From contig CAUREJ010000003.1 of the NCBI GenBank assembly GCA_963523735.1, positions 1,086 through 65,085 on the forward strand: DNA of 64,000 nucleotides. Reading direction: 5' to 3'. How positions within the stretch are numbered: the first letter of the stretch is position 1; each line of letters starts with the position of its first letter. The notes under the pieces are model-generated. The model ran no database searches. It was not told the origin of the DNA and saw only the letters and a list, made by a program, of their open reading frames with translations. The stretch is from an uncultured Capnocytophaga sp. GTDB taxonomy: Bacteria > Bacteroidota > Bacteroidia > Flavobacteriales > Flavobacteriaceae. Positions 8,514-18,518 of this stretch are shown piece by piece. The translations under genes were made by a program, and so were the position numbers.

Positions 8514-9842
8514 ATGGAAGTATTTTTAATAAAAGCGGCTCAGCTGATACTGAGCTTATCGATTTTGGTTGTCCTGCACGAGTTGGGGCATTTTATTCCT
8601 GCGAAAATTTTTAAGACGCGGGTAGAGAAGTTTTTCTTATTTTTTGATGTTAAGTTTGCTCTTTTCAAGAAGAAAATAGGGGAAACGGTGTACGGCATTG
8701 GGTGGTTACCTTTGGGTGGCTACGTGAAAATTGCTGGTATGATAGATGAGAGTATGGATAAGGAACAGATGGCGCAACCGCCTCAGCCGTGGGAGTTCCG
8801 CTCTAAGCCAGCGTGGCAACGCCTTATTATTATGATAGGTGGCGTGACGGTGAACTTGCTGTTGGGTTTCCTTATCTATGCGATGATTCTTTTTGTGTGG
8901 GGACAGAACCAAGTGAAACCCGATGGGGTGGAGGGTGGCTTTGCTGTAAGCCGCACTATGCGTAGCTATGGTTTTGAGAATGGCGACGTGGTTACGGCTA
9001 TTAATGGTAGTGCTTTGGAAAATGTGTTGGACGCTAATAAATACATTTTGCTTCGCGATGCCCAGCAGGTTACAGTAAGGGGTATAGACGGGACAGAAAG
9101 GAGCTTGTCGTTACCAGATTCGATAGGTAAGATGTTGTTTTTGAGAGGCGAGAGGAGTCCGCTGAGTGTTAAATTGGCACCTGTTATTGATACGGTAGTG
9201 CCTGGTGGGGTGGCAGATAAGGCAGGCTTACGCAAAGGGGATAAGGTGGTGAGCCTTGCCGGTGAGCCTATTTACTATTTTTCGGACATTCCGCCGGCAG
9301 TTACTATGGCTGCTGAAAATACTCCGGTGCCTGTGATGATAGAGCGCGAGGGGCAGCCAATGGAACTTACAATGACCTTGGACAGTAGCAAGCGAATAGG
9401 TGTAGGCGGAGGTAAGAATAACGAGGCTGTTAAGCTGACTCATAGAATGTATAGCTTGGGCGAGGCTTTTAGCCACGGTACGGCTTATGGCTATGGGGTG
9501 CTGCGTGACTATATAGCCCAGTTTAAGTTTGTCTTTACTAAGAAAGGGGCTAGCGAGCTGGGAGGCTTTGGTGCCATAGGAAGTTTATTCCCTGAACGTT
9601 GGGATTGGCTGTCGTTTTGGCATATTACAGCGTTTTTGTCGATTATATTGGCGTTTATGAATATACTGCCTATCCCTGCTTTAGATGGCGGACACGTGGT
9701 GTTTTTGCTTTACGAGATGATTACAGGACGCAAGCCGAGTGAAAAGGTGTTGGAATACGCACAAATGGTAGGTTTTGTGATTCTTATCTCGCTATTACTG
9801 TACGCCAATGGTAATGATTTATACAAGGCGATATTTAAATAA
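8514..9842 (+). CDS. rseP: RIP metalloprotease RseP
   Basis: HELGH, LPLGGYVKI, PDZ domain, NILPIPALDGGH. Confidence 0.96.
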   Translation: MEVFLIKAAQLILSLSILVVLHELGHFIPAKIFKTRVEKFFLFFDVKFALFKKKIGETVYGIGWLPLGGYVKIAGMIDESMDKEQMAQPPQPWEFRSKPAWQRLIIMIGGVTVNLLLGFLIYAMILFVWGQNQVKPDGVEGGFAVSRTMRSYGFENGDVVTAINGSALENVLDANKYILLRDAQQVTVRGIDGTERSLSLPDSIGKMLFLRGERSPLSVKLAPVIDTVVPGGVADKAGLRKGDKVVSLAGEPIYYFSDIPPAVTMAAENTPVPVMIEREGQPMELTMTLDSSKRIGVGGGKNNEAVKLTHRMYSLGEAFSHGTAYGYGVLRDYIAQFKFVFTKKGASELGGFGAIGSLFPERWDWLSFWHITAFLSIILAFMNILPIPALDGGHVVFLLYEMITGRKPSEKVLEYAQMVGFVILISLLLYANGNDLYKAIFK

Positions 9843-9915
9843 TTGGTGAATTTGCTACTTTTGCAATTTGGTGAATTAGAATTTTATTTATATCTTTGCA
9901 GCCTGAACAATTATA

Positions 9916-10383
9916 ATGGCAACACTAAAACTATCAATGGATTATGACTGCGATTTTAAGCTCATAGGGCTTCACAGCTCTTTGTCTGATTATCGTTTGG
10001 CTTATTTTTTGAACAAAGAACTACAACTACAACTGCACCGAGAGGATAAGAAAAAGGTTTTGGAGTGCCCTATTAGCAGTGGGTACTATTCATATTACAC
10101 TTGGCAACACCCTATTAGCGATATTAAATGGCATTGCATAGGTAATAAGCTTCGTGTGGAACGTGAGATGAATAAAGTGGGGCTTTTTGACAGTACTTAT
10201 GCGATGCAGTATTTGATAGCTTCTTTAAAGAAAGTTGATTATTTTTTGAAGATAGATACTGACGGGTATTTGGATACTGCTAAACTTATTTCGCAAATGA
10301 ACTCGATACCTTCTACCACTGCTTATATTATAGAACCCAATACACTGAGTTTAAAACATAAATTGCTTTTTCAAGAATGCTAA
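9916..10383 (+). CDS. IPExxxVDY-family protein
   Basis: LIGLHSSLSDYRLAYFLN and YLIASLKKVDYFLKI; usual position upstream of pyk in Flavobacteria. Confidence 0.8.
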   Translation: MATLKLSMDYDCDFKLIGLHSSLSDYRLAYFLNKELQLQLHREDKKKVLECPISSGYYSYYTWQHPISDIKWHCIGNKLRVEREMNKVGLFDSTYAMQYLIASLKKVDYFLKIDTDGYLDTAKLISQMNSIPSTTAYIIEPNTLSLKHKLLFQEC

Positions 10384-11843
10384 ACACTAAAAAAACAAAA
10401 ATAGTAGCAACCTTAGGTCCTGCTACGGAATCGCCTGAAATCATAAAAGCTATGATGGAGGCAGGCGTTAATGTATTCCGCATTAACTTTTCGCACGCTG
10501 ATTACGATGATGTGCGCCAAAGGGTGGAGATGATTCGTCAGATAAATCAAGAATACGGCTTTCATACGGCTATCCTTGCGGACTTACAAGGGCCTAAACT
10601 GCGCGTAGGGGTAATGGAAGACGATAGCCACGTAGCCCCTGGTGACCGTGTTACCTTTGTAACAGGAGAGCCTTTTGTAGGGACTAAAGAGCGCGTGTAT
10701 ATGAACTACAAAGAGTTTCCTATGGATGTAAATCCTGGTGAACGTATTTTGTTGGACGACGGAAAGCTTATCTTCGAGGTAGAATCGACTAATAGAGAGA
10801 ATGAGGTGGTAGCTGTTGTGGTACAAGGAGGGCCTTTGAAATCGAAAAAAGGGGTGAACTTACCTAATACTAAGGTTTCACTACCTGCCCTTACCGAAAA
10901 AGATGTACGCGATGCTTTATTTGCTATTACCCAAGAGGTAGATTGGTTTGCCCTATCATTTGTACGCCATCCAGAAGATATTAAGGATTTGAAGGATTTG
11001 ATAGAAGAAAATGCTGGACACCGTATTCCTATCATTGCTAAGATTGAAAAACCTGAGGCCTTAGTGAATATCGATAAGATTATGGCAGCGTGCGACGGTA
11101 TTATGGTGGCTAGAGGTGACCTTGGGGTAGAAATACCTGCTGAAGAGGTGCCTTTAATCCAGAAAGAATTGGTACGCAAAGCTAAATCACACCACATACC
11201 TGTAATTATTGCTACCCAAATGATGGAGAGTATGATTAATAGTCTTACTCCTACTCGTGCCGAAGTGAATGACGTAGGTAACTCGGTTATGGACGGTGCC
11301 GATGCGGTAATGCTTTCGGGAGAGACTTCGGTAGGTAAGTATCCTGTACAGGTAATAGAACAAATGAGCCGTATTATTAAGAGTGTGGAAGACTCTAACT
11401 TGATACAAGTACCATTGATTACACCTTTTATTCGCTCATTGCGCTATGTAACTAATACTATTTGTTTCCACGCGGCTAAGATGGCTAACGATACGAATGC
11501 TAAGGTGATTACTTCACTTACTAACAGTGGGTATGCGGCGTTTAGGATTTCGTCATACCGACCTAATTCACACATTCTTATCTTTACCTCTAACAAGCGT
11601 ATCCTTACCCAGCTTAACTTATTATGGGGGGTAACTACTTTCTACTATGACCGCTTTGTATCGACTGATGAGCTTATTGAGGATATTAACCATATAGCTA
11701 ACGAGAAGGGTTATGTGGATATGGGTGATATAATGATAAGCTTGGTTTCAATGCCAATGCAAGGTAAAGGTATGGTGAATACCTTACGTGTATCGGAAAT
11801 AGATTCGTGTGCGGTGAGCTTTGATAAGAAAAAGAAGAAATAA
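10377..11843 (+). CDS. pyk: Pyruvate kinase
   Basis: KTKIVATLGPA, DLQGPKLR, IMVARGDLGVE, ATQMMESM. Confidence 0.98.
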   Translation: MLNTKKTKIVATLGPATESPEIIKAMMEAGVNVFRINFSHADYDDVRQRVEMIRQINQEYGFHTAILADLQGPKLRVGVMEDDSHVAPGDRVTFVTGEPFVGTKERVYMNYKEFPMDVNPGERILLDDGKLIFEVESTNRENEVVAVVVQGGPLKSKKGVNLPNTKVSLPALTEKDVRDALFAITQEVDWFALSFVRHPEDIKDLKDLIEENAGHRIPIIAKIEKPEALVNIDKIMAACDGIMVARGDLGVEIPAEEVPLIQKELVRKAKSHHIPVIIATQMMESMINSLTPTRAEVNDVGNSVMDGADAVMLSGETSVGKYPVQVIEQMSRIIKSVEDSNLIQVPLITPFIRSLRYVTNTICFHAAKMANDTNAKVITSLTNSGYAAFRISSYRPNSHILIFTSNKRILTQLNLLWGVTTFYYDRFVSTDELIEDINHIANEKGYVDMGDIMISLVSMPMQGKGMVNTLRVSEIDSCAVSFDKKKKK

Positions 11844-11863
11844 TAACAAACCTATTTGATAAA

Positions 11864-11902
11864 AAGAAAGCTGCCAGGGGTAAAATCCTGACAGCTTTTT
11901 TT
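11864..11902. terminator. Bidirectional terminator between pyk and dusB
   Basis: AAAGCTGCCAGG...CCTGACAGCTTTTTT. Confidence 0.75.
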
Positions 11903-11906
11903 GTTG

Positions 11907-12884
11907 TTAATTCAATAATTGGGTTATTTTTTGGAGTTCACTAACTATATCGGCTGAAGAATCGAGGGTGACTAAGCGTTGGCGGTGTTCTTTGAAGTTA
12001 GGGATTCCTTTGAAGTAGTTGGCGTAATGGCGTCGCATTTCCAGAACTCCTTGTCGTTCGCCTTTCCACTCAACCGACCATAGGAGGTGGTTTTGGGCGG
12101 CTTCACAACGTTGGGCTATAGTAGGAGGGGGGAGTAGTTCGCCAGTGGTGAAATAGTGCTTTATCTCGTTAAAAATCCACGGATAGCCGATAGCGGCACG
12201 CCCTATCATTATGCCATCGACATTATAAGTATTGCGGTACAGAAGGGCTTTTTCGGGGCTATCGATGTCACCATTCCCGAAGATAGGGATATGGATACGA
12301 GGGTTGTTTTTCACCTTTGCAATATAACTCCAGTCGGAATGACCTTTGTACATCTGGCTGCGGGTGCGTGCATGAATGGTGAGGGCACTAATACCTACAT
12401 CTTGTAGGCGTTCGGCTACTTCCTCAATGTTAATACTATGCTCGTCCCAGCCTAAGCGGGTTTTTACCGTTACAGGCAAATGGGTGCTATTAACTACTGC
12501 TTTGGTAAGGCGTACCATTAAATCAATATCTTTTAGTACTCCTGCCCCTGCGCCTTTGCTTACTACTTTCTTCACAGGGCAACCAAAGTTAATATCGACT
12601 AAATCGGGGTGCACTGTAGCTACTATTTTAGCAGAGAGTGCCATAGCTTCTTCATCACCGCCAAATATTTGTATGCCTACGGGGCGTTCATAATCAAAAA
12701 TATCTAATTTTTGTCGGCTTTTAATAGCGTCACGAATAAGCCCTTCGGACGAGATGAACTCACTGTAAAGCATATCAGCCCCGTGCATTTTGCAGAGGCG
12801 GCGAAAGGGAGGGTCACTTACATCTTCCATAGGGGCAAGTAACAGAGGGAACTCTCCTAAATCTATATTTCCTATTTTAGCCAA
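11907..12884 (-). CDS. dusB: tRNA-dihydrouridine synthase B
   Basis: LAPMEDVSD, DINFGCPVKKV, IMIGRAAIGYPWIF. Confidence 0.95.
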   Translation of the reverse strand: MAKIGNIDLGEFPLLLAPMEDVSDPPFRRLCKMHGADMLYSEFISSEGLIRDAIKSRQKLDIFDYERPVGIQIFGGDEEAMALSAKIVATVHPDLVDINFGCPVKKVVSKGAGAGVLKDIDLMVRLTKAVVNSTHLPVTVKTRLGWDEHSINIEEVAERLQDVGISALTIHARTRSQMYKGHSDWSYIAKVKNNPRIHIPIFGNGDIDSPEKALLYRNTYNVDGIMIGRAAIGYPWIFNEIKHYFTTGELLPPPTIAQRCEAAQNHLLWSVEWKGERQGVLEMRRHYANYFKGIPNFKEHRQRLVTLDSSADIVSELQKITQLLN

Positions 12885-12902
12885 TTTGTAAATTATTAAT
12901 TG

Positions 12903-13592
12903 TTATTTGAATAAATATCCTGCTCCTATCCCTATAAAATAATTAGCTTCGGGCTGGAAAAGGGTGCGACCACCACTAAGGTCTAATTGGAGATTGGGCT
13001 TAAGGAAGTAAGCTATACCTACATCGATATTGTGCAAGGGGGCACAGTGCGGCTGATAGGTAGCGTAATACTCTACAAACCCCCAAAACTTAGCGGTAGG
13101 GGTGTAGTTCAGTTCGGTGGTGAAGTTGTATGCTTCAAACTGTTGTACGCTACTCAAGCTATAGGCTAACGAAAGGTTGTTGGTAAGAACGCTTTCAAAC
13201 GCTAAACAAGCATCAAAAGAGTAAGGGGTAGCTTCTGCTTTGCTGTACTGTCCGTAACCTATTAATGAAACTGAAGGAAGGTAGCGTTCCGACTGCCACA
13301 AGCGTTGTTTTACACTGAAAACGGTACTGCTAAAATCGGGAGTTTTGAGGTCAAAATTAGCCTCTAAGCGCACTTCGGTGTTGGTGATAAGCCCATAGCG
13401 GAACATAAGGTTATCAGTGATTTCTTCTTTGCTGAAAACAAGTCCGTTTTCTGCCTGAAACTGCCCTTTAGGCAAGGTATACACTCCCTCACTTTGGTCG
13501 GGACGGTCGGTGTTTAGACTTTCGTCGGTTTGAGCCCAAAGGCTACTGCTGATAGAAATTATAAGAGCTAATAGTAAGTACTGTTTATTCAT
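12903..13592 (-). CDS. Putative outer-membrane beta-barrel 'transporter' (Phenol_MetA_deg-like)
   Basis: Signal peptide, TDRPDQSE motif, terminal aromatic beta-strand. Confidence 0.75.
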   Translation of the reverse strand: MNKQYLLLALIISISSSLWAQTDESLNTDRPDQSEGVYTLPKGQFQAENGLVFSKEEITDNLMFRYGLITNTEVRLEANFDLKTPDFSSTVFSVKQRLWQSERYLPSVSLIGYGQYSKAEATPYSFDACLAFESVLTNNLSLAYSLSSVQQFEAYNFTTELNYTPTAKFWGFVEYYATYQPHCAPLHNIDVGIAYFLKPNLQLDLSGGRTLFQPEANYFIGIGAGYLFK

Positions 13593-14790
13593 CTATTTTT
13601 TCGTATAAGAAATTGTTATAAGGGAAGCGGGTGATATGTATTTCCTTTACTTTTTCATATACCACTTCGCGAAACTCTTCTAAGTTATCTTTGTTCAGTG
13701 CAGAGATAAACAATACATCGCGCCCCATTTTCTGCATCCAAGTCTGTTTCCATTCCTCGAGGGTAAAGTGCTTTTTAGTACGTTCGGTAGCGAGGTCATC
13801 GGGGGCTATTTCTTCATTTGTATAAGCGTCGATTTTATTAAAAACCATAATAGTAGACTTATCGGCACTGTGTATTTCGGCTAATATTTGGTTTACCGAT
13901 TGTATGTGTTCTTCAAAGTTAGGGTGAGAAATATCGACTACGTGTAGGAGTAAGTCGGCTTCACGAACCTCGTCCAAGGTGCTTTTGAAGGACTCGATAA
14001 GCTGGGTAGGCAGTTTTCGGATAAATCCTACGGTATCACTAAGCAAGAAAGGCAGGTTCTCGATTACTACTTTACGCACGGTAGTATCGAGGGTGGCAAA
14101 GAGTTTGTTTTCGGCAAACACTTCACTTTTGCTTATCACATTCATCAAGGTTGATTTGCCTACGTTAGTATACCCTATTAAAGCCACGCGCACCATAGCC
14201 CCCCTATTGCTGCGTTGGGTAGCCATCTGCTTATCAATAGCCGTAAGTTTCTTTTTCAGTAGGGCAATACGGTCACGTACTATACGGCGGTCGGTTTCTA
14301 TTTCGGTTTCACCAGGTCCGCGCATTCCAATCCCACCACGTTGGCGTTCTAAGTGAGTCCATAAGCCCGTAAGGCGTGGCAAGAGGTATTCATATTGTGC
14401 CAGCTCTACTTGGGTACGTGAGTAGCTGGTTTGGGCGCGTTGGGCAAATATATCTAAGATAAGCCCCGTACGGTCTAATATCTTAGCTTTGAGGATACGT
14501 TCGATGTTTTTTTGTTGGGCAGGGGTAAGTTCATCGTCGAAGATAACAGTACCTACCTCATTTTCTTCGACAAACTGCTGAACTTCTTCCATTTTACCTG
14601 TACCTATAAATGTTTTTGGGTTAGGCACCTCCAGCTTTTGGGTAAAGCGTTTTAGCACTTCGCCTCCTGCGGTATAGGTCAAGAACTCCAGTTCATCTAA
14701 ATATTCCTTTGATTTTTCTTCTGTTTGTATTTGATTGATAATCCCTACAAGGACTACTTTTTCATAGGTAAGGTTTATTTGTTCAAGCAT
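13585..14790 (-). CDS. hflX: GTPase HflX
   Basis: GPGETEIETDRR, GYTNVGKST, DTVGFI, NKID. Confidence 0.97.
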   Translation of the reverse strand: MLEQINLTYEKVVLVGIINQIQTEEKSKEYLDELEFLTYTAGGEVLKRFTQKLEVPNPKTFIGTGKMEEVQQFVEENEVGTVIFDDELTPAQQKNIERILKAKILDRTGLILDIFAQRAQTSYSRTQVELAQYEYLLPRLTGLWTHLERQRGGIGMRGPGETEIETDRRIVRDRIALLKKKLTAIDKQMATQRSNRGAMVRVALIGYTNVGKSTLMNVISKSEVFAENKLFATLDTTVRKVVIENLPFLLSDTVGFIRKLPTQLIESFKSTLDEVREADLLLHVVDISHPNFEEHIQSVNQILAEIHSADKSTIMVFNKIDAYTNEEIAPDDLATERTKKHFTLEEWKQTWMQKMGRDVLFISALNKDNLEEFREVVYEKVKEIHITRFPYNNFLYEKIDE

Positions 14791-14837
14791 AATGGGGAAT
14801 AGCTCTAAATGTCGTTTTTATTTTTAAGTTTGAGGGC

Positions 14838-14871
14838 GCAAAGATACTCACTAATTCCTAAATTACCAAAT
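14838..14871 (-). promoter_or_regulatory. hflX promoter (TTTG ... TATCTTTG), direct-repeat copy 1
   Basis: Minus strand ATTTGGTAATTTAGGAATTAGTGAGTATCTTTGC. Confidence 0.75.
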
Positions 14872-14874
14872 CTG

Positions 14875-15645
14875 TTAAGTTGCCGATTGGGTGTAAAAAG
14901 CTTTTTTCTGTTCTTCTTGCGCTATGAATTCGGTTAATTCTGAAGATATTAGCGGTAGTAAAACATTTCCTAACAAAAACATATTAGTAGAGAAGATAGT
15001 AGGAATACCTTTCTCATCTTCAGTGTAGTGCTTTTGGGCATTGGCAATGGCTGTTGCAAGCTTAAAAATGGCTTTTTTAGGATTTACTCCTCCTGTTACT
15101 TTTTTATTTAAGTAGTTTTTAAATGTTTGGCTTATTTTCAGGGGGTCTTCAGGTAGCTGAAAATCGGTGGGAGGTAGAGCAATTACACCGTAATACAGCC
15201 ATATTTCAAAATAAGGGTTACTTATAATAAGCGAAAAGTTTTCGGTTTCACAAACAGGTTTTACTCTTACAAGGTCATTGTAAAAGTGGTCGGTATCCGA
15301 AATGATAAAATACTTATCGGGGGTTTGGGTCTCGCTTGTGCTGTAATATGCTTTTCTATCTTTTGCAGTTTTTAGCAGTCCGTCAGGATTAGTAGGGTCT
15401 GGAATAAACTCTATTTTTATACGATTAAATTTATCGGCATTTAGGAGGGGAAGGAAGTAGTCTTTTTCTCTTTTTTCTCCTCCCGAAATAAGCACGCAAA
15501 ACCACTGAGGCTCTTTATAACCATCTCCTTTTTGGTATTTTTCTTGAATATTCATTAATACAGGAGAGGGTGTAATGGTTTTATCAGTTGGCTTTTGGGC
15601 TTCAAACAAATCCTTTTCACGGCTTATTTTTTGGTAGCTTCTCAT
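14875..15645 (-). CDS. rloB: RloB-family protein (AbiLii-like)
   Basis: GEKREKDYF, DTDH, IISNPYFEIWL and FSTNMFLL motifs; overlaps the upstream AAA gene. Confidence 0.85.
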   Translation of the reverse strand: MRSYQKISREKDLFEAQKPTDKTITPSPVLMNIQEKYQKGDGYKEPQWFCVLISGGEKREKDYFLPLLNADKFNRIKIEFIPDPTNPDGLLKTAKDRKAYYSTSETQTPDKYFIISDTDHFYNDLVRVKPVCETENFSLIISNPYFEIWLYYGVIALPPTDFQLPEDPLKISQTFKNYLNKKVTGGVNPKKAIFKLATAIANAQKHYTEDEKGIPTIFSTNMFLLGNVLLPLISSELTEFIAQEEQKKAFYTQSAT

Positions 15646-16946
15646 AGCATTTCAAAAGGTTTTATTTTAGGGGTTCCACCGTAACGCCCCTCTAAGTAGC
15701 CGTTTTCAATATTGAGATGGTTCTGTAACTTAAAATCGTTTAAAGAGTACATTTGGGTATTGCCTTCATCTTTTTCGGTAAGCCATACCTCATCGGGGCG
15801 CAATAGCTCTTGTTGGTTTAGTAAATGAGTGCTGTGAGTGGTAAATATTAGCTGACCATTAGCGGTGTTATTTGCATAGAATTTCAGTAGGTTAGCTATT
15901 AAATTAGGATGTACGCTATTATCTATTTCATCAATAAAAACAGCTTTCTCTTCAAACATAGCACTGTAGAAAGCAGGGATAAGGGTAAGTAGCCTAACAG
16001 TACCTTCGGACTGAGCTCCTATTTTCATTTTCCCAGCATACCCATTTACTCCTATTTGGTTAAAAAGTAATTCTTGTATAGTAGTTATTCCTTTTTCGAT
16101 AGCTATATTCAGCGTATTCCGATTGTCTTGCCATTGTGCTATTTGTTGGTTCTCCTCTCCCTGCGAAACATCTAATATCCGTTTTATTTCTTCGCTATTC
16201 TTGCTTTTTACTGCCCATTCTTTAAAAGGAACGCTTTCTATTTCGACCGAAGAAATTCCTATGCCTATGGTGCTAAATACACTATTGACAAAAGCCAACA
16301 GAGGAGGTTGCCCAGCTAATAAACCTATAAGGGCAGGTATTCTGCTGTTAATATCAATGATTTCTATTTTGTTACCGAACCATTCCAAAACATCGGTAGT
16401 TATTTCAGTAGGTAATAGAGGGAATTTGGCATTTAGAGGCAGTATTGAAGCTAAAGGGTTAAGACTTAGCAACTTTTTTACTGAGGTTTCATTCTCCAAC
16501 TGTTGGGCTTCTATTTTGCTACCTATTCGTTCAAAAATAAGCTTATCACCCGTTTGCCCTATACCCGAAAAGTGTAGTTTTTCATACACTTCTTCTTTGG
16601 TGAGGGCTACTTCATAAAGGTAGTATTTATTGTTAGAAATAAATTCTATCTCAAATTCTATTTTACCAGTTTTCTTATCGGTAAGCTGAAATACAAACTC
16701 TTCAAAGTTAATATCTTTCAAGAAATTCTCATTTATTACAAAGTCTCTTAAAAAGCGGATAGCCTTAATAAAGTTAGATTTTCCTGAACCATTAGCTCCA
16801 TAAATAGCAGCTTGTTTTAAAAAGGGTATAGCGTAGGCAGTGTTAATGTGATGTGATAGCTGCTCACGCTTGGGGTTAGGAAACATATCAAAACAAGTTT
16901 CTTGGTAAAATGATAGGAAGTTTTTTATTTTAAATCTCAGTAACAT
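15642..16946 (-). CDS. AAA_21 ATPase (RloA/AbiLi-like)
   Basis: FKIKNFLSF, IYGANGSGKSN, QSEGT, IDEIDNSVHP, QLIFTTH, YLEGRYGGTP. Confidence 0.9.
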   Translation of the reverse strand: MLLRFKIKNFLSFYQETCFDMFPNPKREQLSHHINTAYAIPFLKQAAIYGANGSGKSNFIKAIRFLRDFVINENFLKDINFEEFVFQLTDKKTGKIEFEIEFISNNKYYLYEVALTKEEVYEKLHFSGIGQTGDKLIFERIGSKIEAQQLENETSVKKLLSLNPLASILPLNAKFPLLPTEITTDVLEWFGNKIEIIDINSRIPALIGLLAGQPPLLAFVNSVFSTIGIGISSVEIESVPFKEWAVKSKNSEEIKRILDVSQGEENQQIAQWQDNRNTLNIAIEKGITTIQELLFNQIGVNGYAGKMKIGAQSEGTVRLLTLIPAFYSAMFEEKAVFIDEIDNSVHPNLIANLLKFYANNTANGQLIFTTHSTHLLNQQELLRPDEVWLTEKDEGNTQMYSLNDFKLQNHLNIENGYLEGRYGGTPKIKPFEML

Positions 16947-16969
16947 AAGATTGACAAGTCTTTATGGCT

Positions 16970-17003
16970 GCAAAGATACTCACTAATTCGTAAATTACCA
17001 AAT
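16970..17003 (-). promoter_or_regulatory. rloAB promoter, direct-repeat copy 2
   Basis: 33/34 identical to 14838-14871. Confidence 0.75.
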
Positions 17004-17038
17004 AAAAAAACTGCCCTCATTGGTGGGGGCAGTTTTTT
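17004..17038 (-). terminator. Terminator of the susCD operon
   Basis: AAAAAAACTGCCC...GGGCAGTTTTT. Confidence 0.8.
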
Positions 17039-17057
17039 ATTGATGTATTCAAAAACT

Positions 17058-18506
17058 TTATAAGTCTAAGTTATTGATAGTTTCATTTTCAGGTATAGAG
17101 AAAGTAAGACGTGGATTGTCATAGTTAAAACTTTCGTTCTTTTCCTCTACGTGGTTACTTCCTCTTTCTATGGTTTTATGGTTGCGCTTCATAGCAAAGT
17201 AACTTTTTCCTTCTCCCCATAGCTCAATACGGGTGTTAAGATAAATATCGTCTTGTAACTGTGCATTGGTAAGCGCATCTACATACGCTACATCGGTAGC
17301 GGCAGTAGCTTTGGGGTAACGCAATTCCAAAAGCTTTTTATAGATAGTTTTAGCTTGTGCATCTTGTCCTAATTTAGCCAAGGCTTCGGCTGCTAATAAG
17401 TAAAACTCATCTACACGCATATAGACATAGTCAGTTGAAATTTTTCGTTGCCCTCCTATCACTCTATCAGGTGCAAAAAACTTGTTAGCAGGAAGCAAAT
17501 CTTTATTAAACTGTTTTTTACGAATGTCGTTTTCACGTATTTTGGCGTAAAGCTTGTCGTCCATCGCTTTACCATCTCCTGCCATAGCATAACTATAACT
17601 ATAGATATCTATCATACCCCACCACGATATCAAATCAAAACTGTTTTCAGTGATAAGGTCTACCCCCCACATCCAGCTTTTAGTCTCGATATCATTAAAA
17701 CCGCCTCCTTTTTTGGTTTGGGCATCATATACGGTTTGCTCAAGAGTGGTAAGTGGGTAACCGCTATTGTTAATAATGTCTTGTGCCAATTCGGCTACTT
17801 TTTGGTTGTTGCCCATAGCGGCGTAGGTATAAGCAAGCAATCCTTTGGCTACATACTTATCAATCATACCTTTTTTGCTACGTGTAAAACCTTCCAAGTT
17901 AGCTACTGCAAATTCCAAATCACTTACTATTTGGGCATACACTTCCGATTGTTTTACTCTTGGTTTGCTCACAATGTCGGCGGTAGTGTACAAAGGGATA
18001 GAGTTAGTTTTTGAATCGGGCTCGTACTTAGTAGTGAATATTTGCATTAGGTAGAAGTAAGCATAGCCACGCAAGGCACGGAACTGTGCCAAAGTGTACT
18101 TCTCACTATTGTTTTTAGGGCTTGCTAACTCGGCTATCGACTTATTAGTTTCGTATATCATACGATAGTAATAGCGCCAAGGTATATAGTTATAATTATT
18201 ACTTGGTTGTTGAGTTGCCTTTAAATTAGCAATGTCTTGATACTGACGATAATTTGTTGCTAATAGAGCCATATCGCCGCAGAGCATATCGGTACAAATA
18301 TCTACGTTTTTTTGCCCAAAGTCTGTATGCCCAGAAGTACCTCCAGTACCGGTTTGGTAGGTCATTAAGTATAAACCGTTAAGGCGAACATCGGCAGGGG
18401 CATTTGATACTACTGCCGTAGGCTCTGTTTTGAGAAAATCGTCTTTACAAGCAGTAAAATTAAAAGCTACTGCCGATAGTATGCTAAATGTTAATATCTT
18501 TTTCAT
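17058..18506 (-). CDS. RagB/SusD-family outer-membrane lipoprotein
   Basis: Lipobox FTAC; ALRGYAYFYL, YMRVDEFYLLAAEA, RIELWGEG. Confidence 0.93.
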   Translation of the reverse strand: MKKILTFSILSAVAFNFTACKDDFLKTEPTAVVSNAPADVRLNGLYLMTYQTGTGGTSGHTDFGQKNVDICTDMLCGDMALLATNYRQYQDIANLKATQQPSNNYNYIPWRYYYRMIYETNKSIAELASPKNNSEKYTLAQFRALRGYAYFYLMQIFTTKYEPDSKTNSIPLYTTADIVSKPRVKQSEVYAQIVSDLEFAVANLEGFTRSKKGMIDKYVAKGLLAYTYAAMGNNQKVAELAQDIINNSGYPLTTLEQTVYDAQTKKGGGFNDIETKSWMWGVDLITENSFDLISWWGMIDIYSYSYAMAGDGKAMDDKLYAKIRENDIRKKQFNKDLLPANKFFAPDRVIGGQRKISTDYVYMRVDEFYLLAAEALAKLGQDAQAKTIYKKLLELRYPKATAATDVAYVDALTNAQLQDDIYLNTRIELWGEGKSYFAMKRNHKTIERGSNHVEEKNESFNYDNPRLTFSIPENETINNLDL

Positions 18507-18518
18507 AGTACATTCTGT

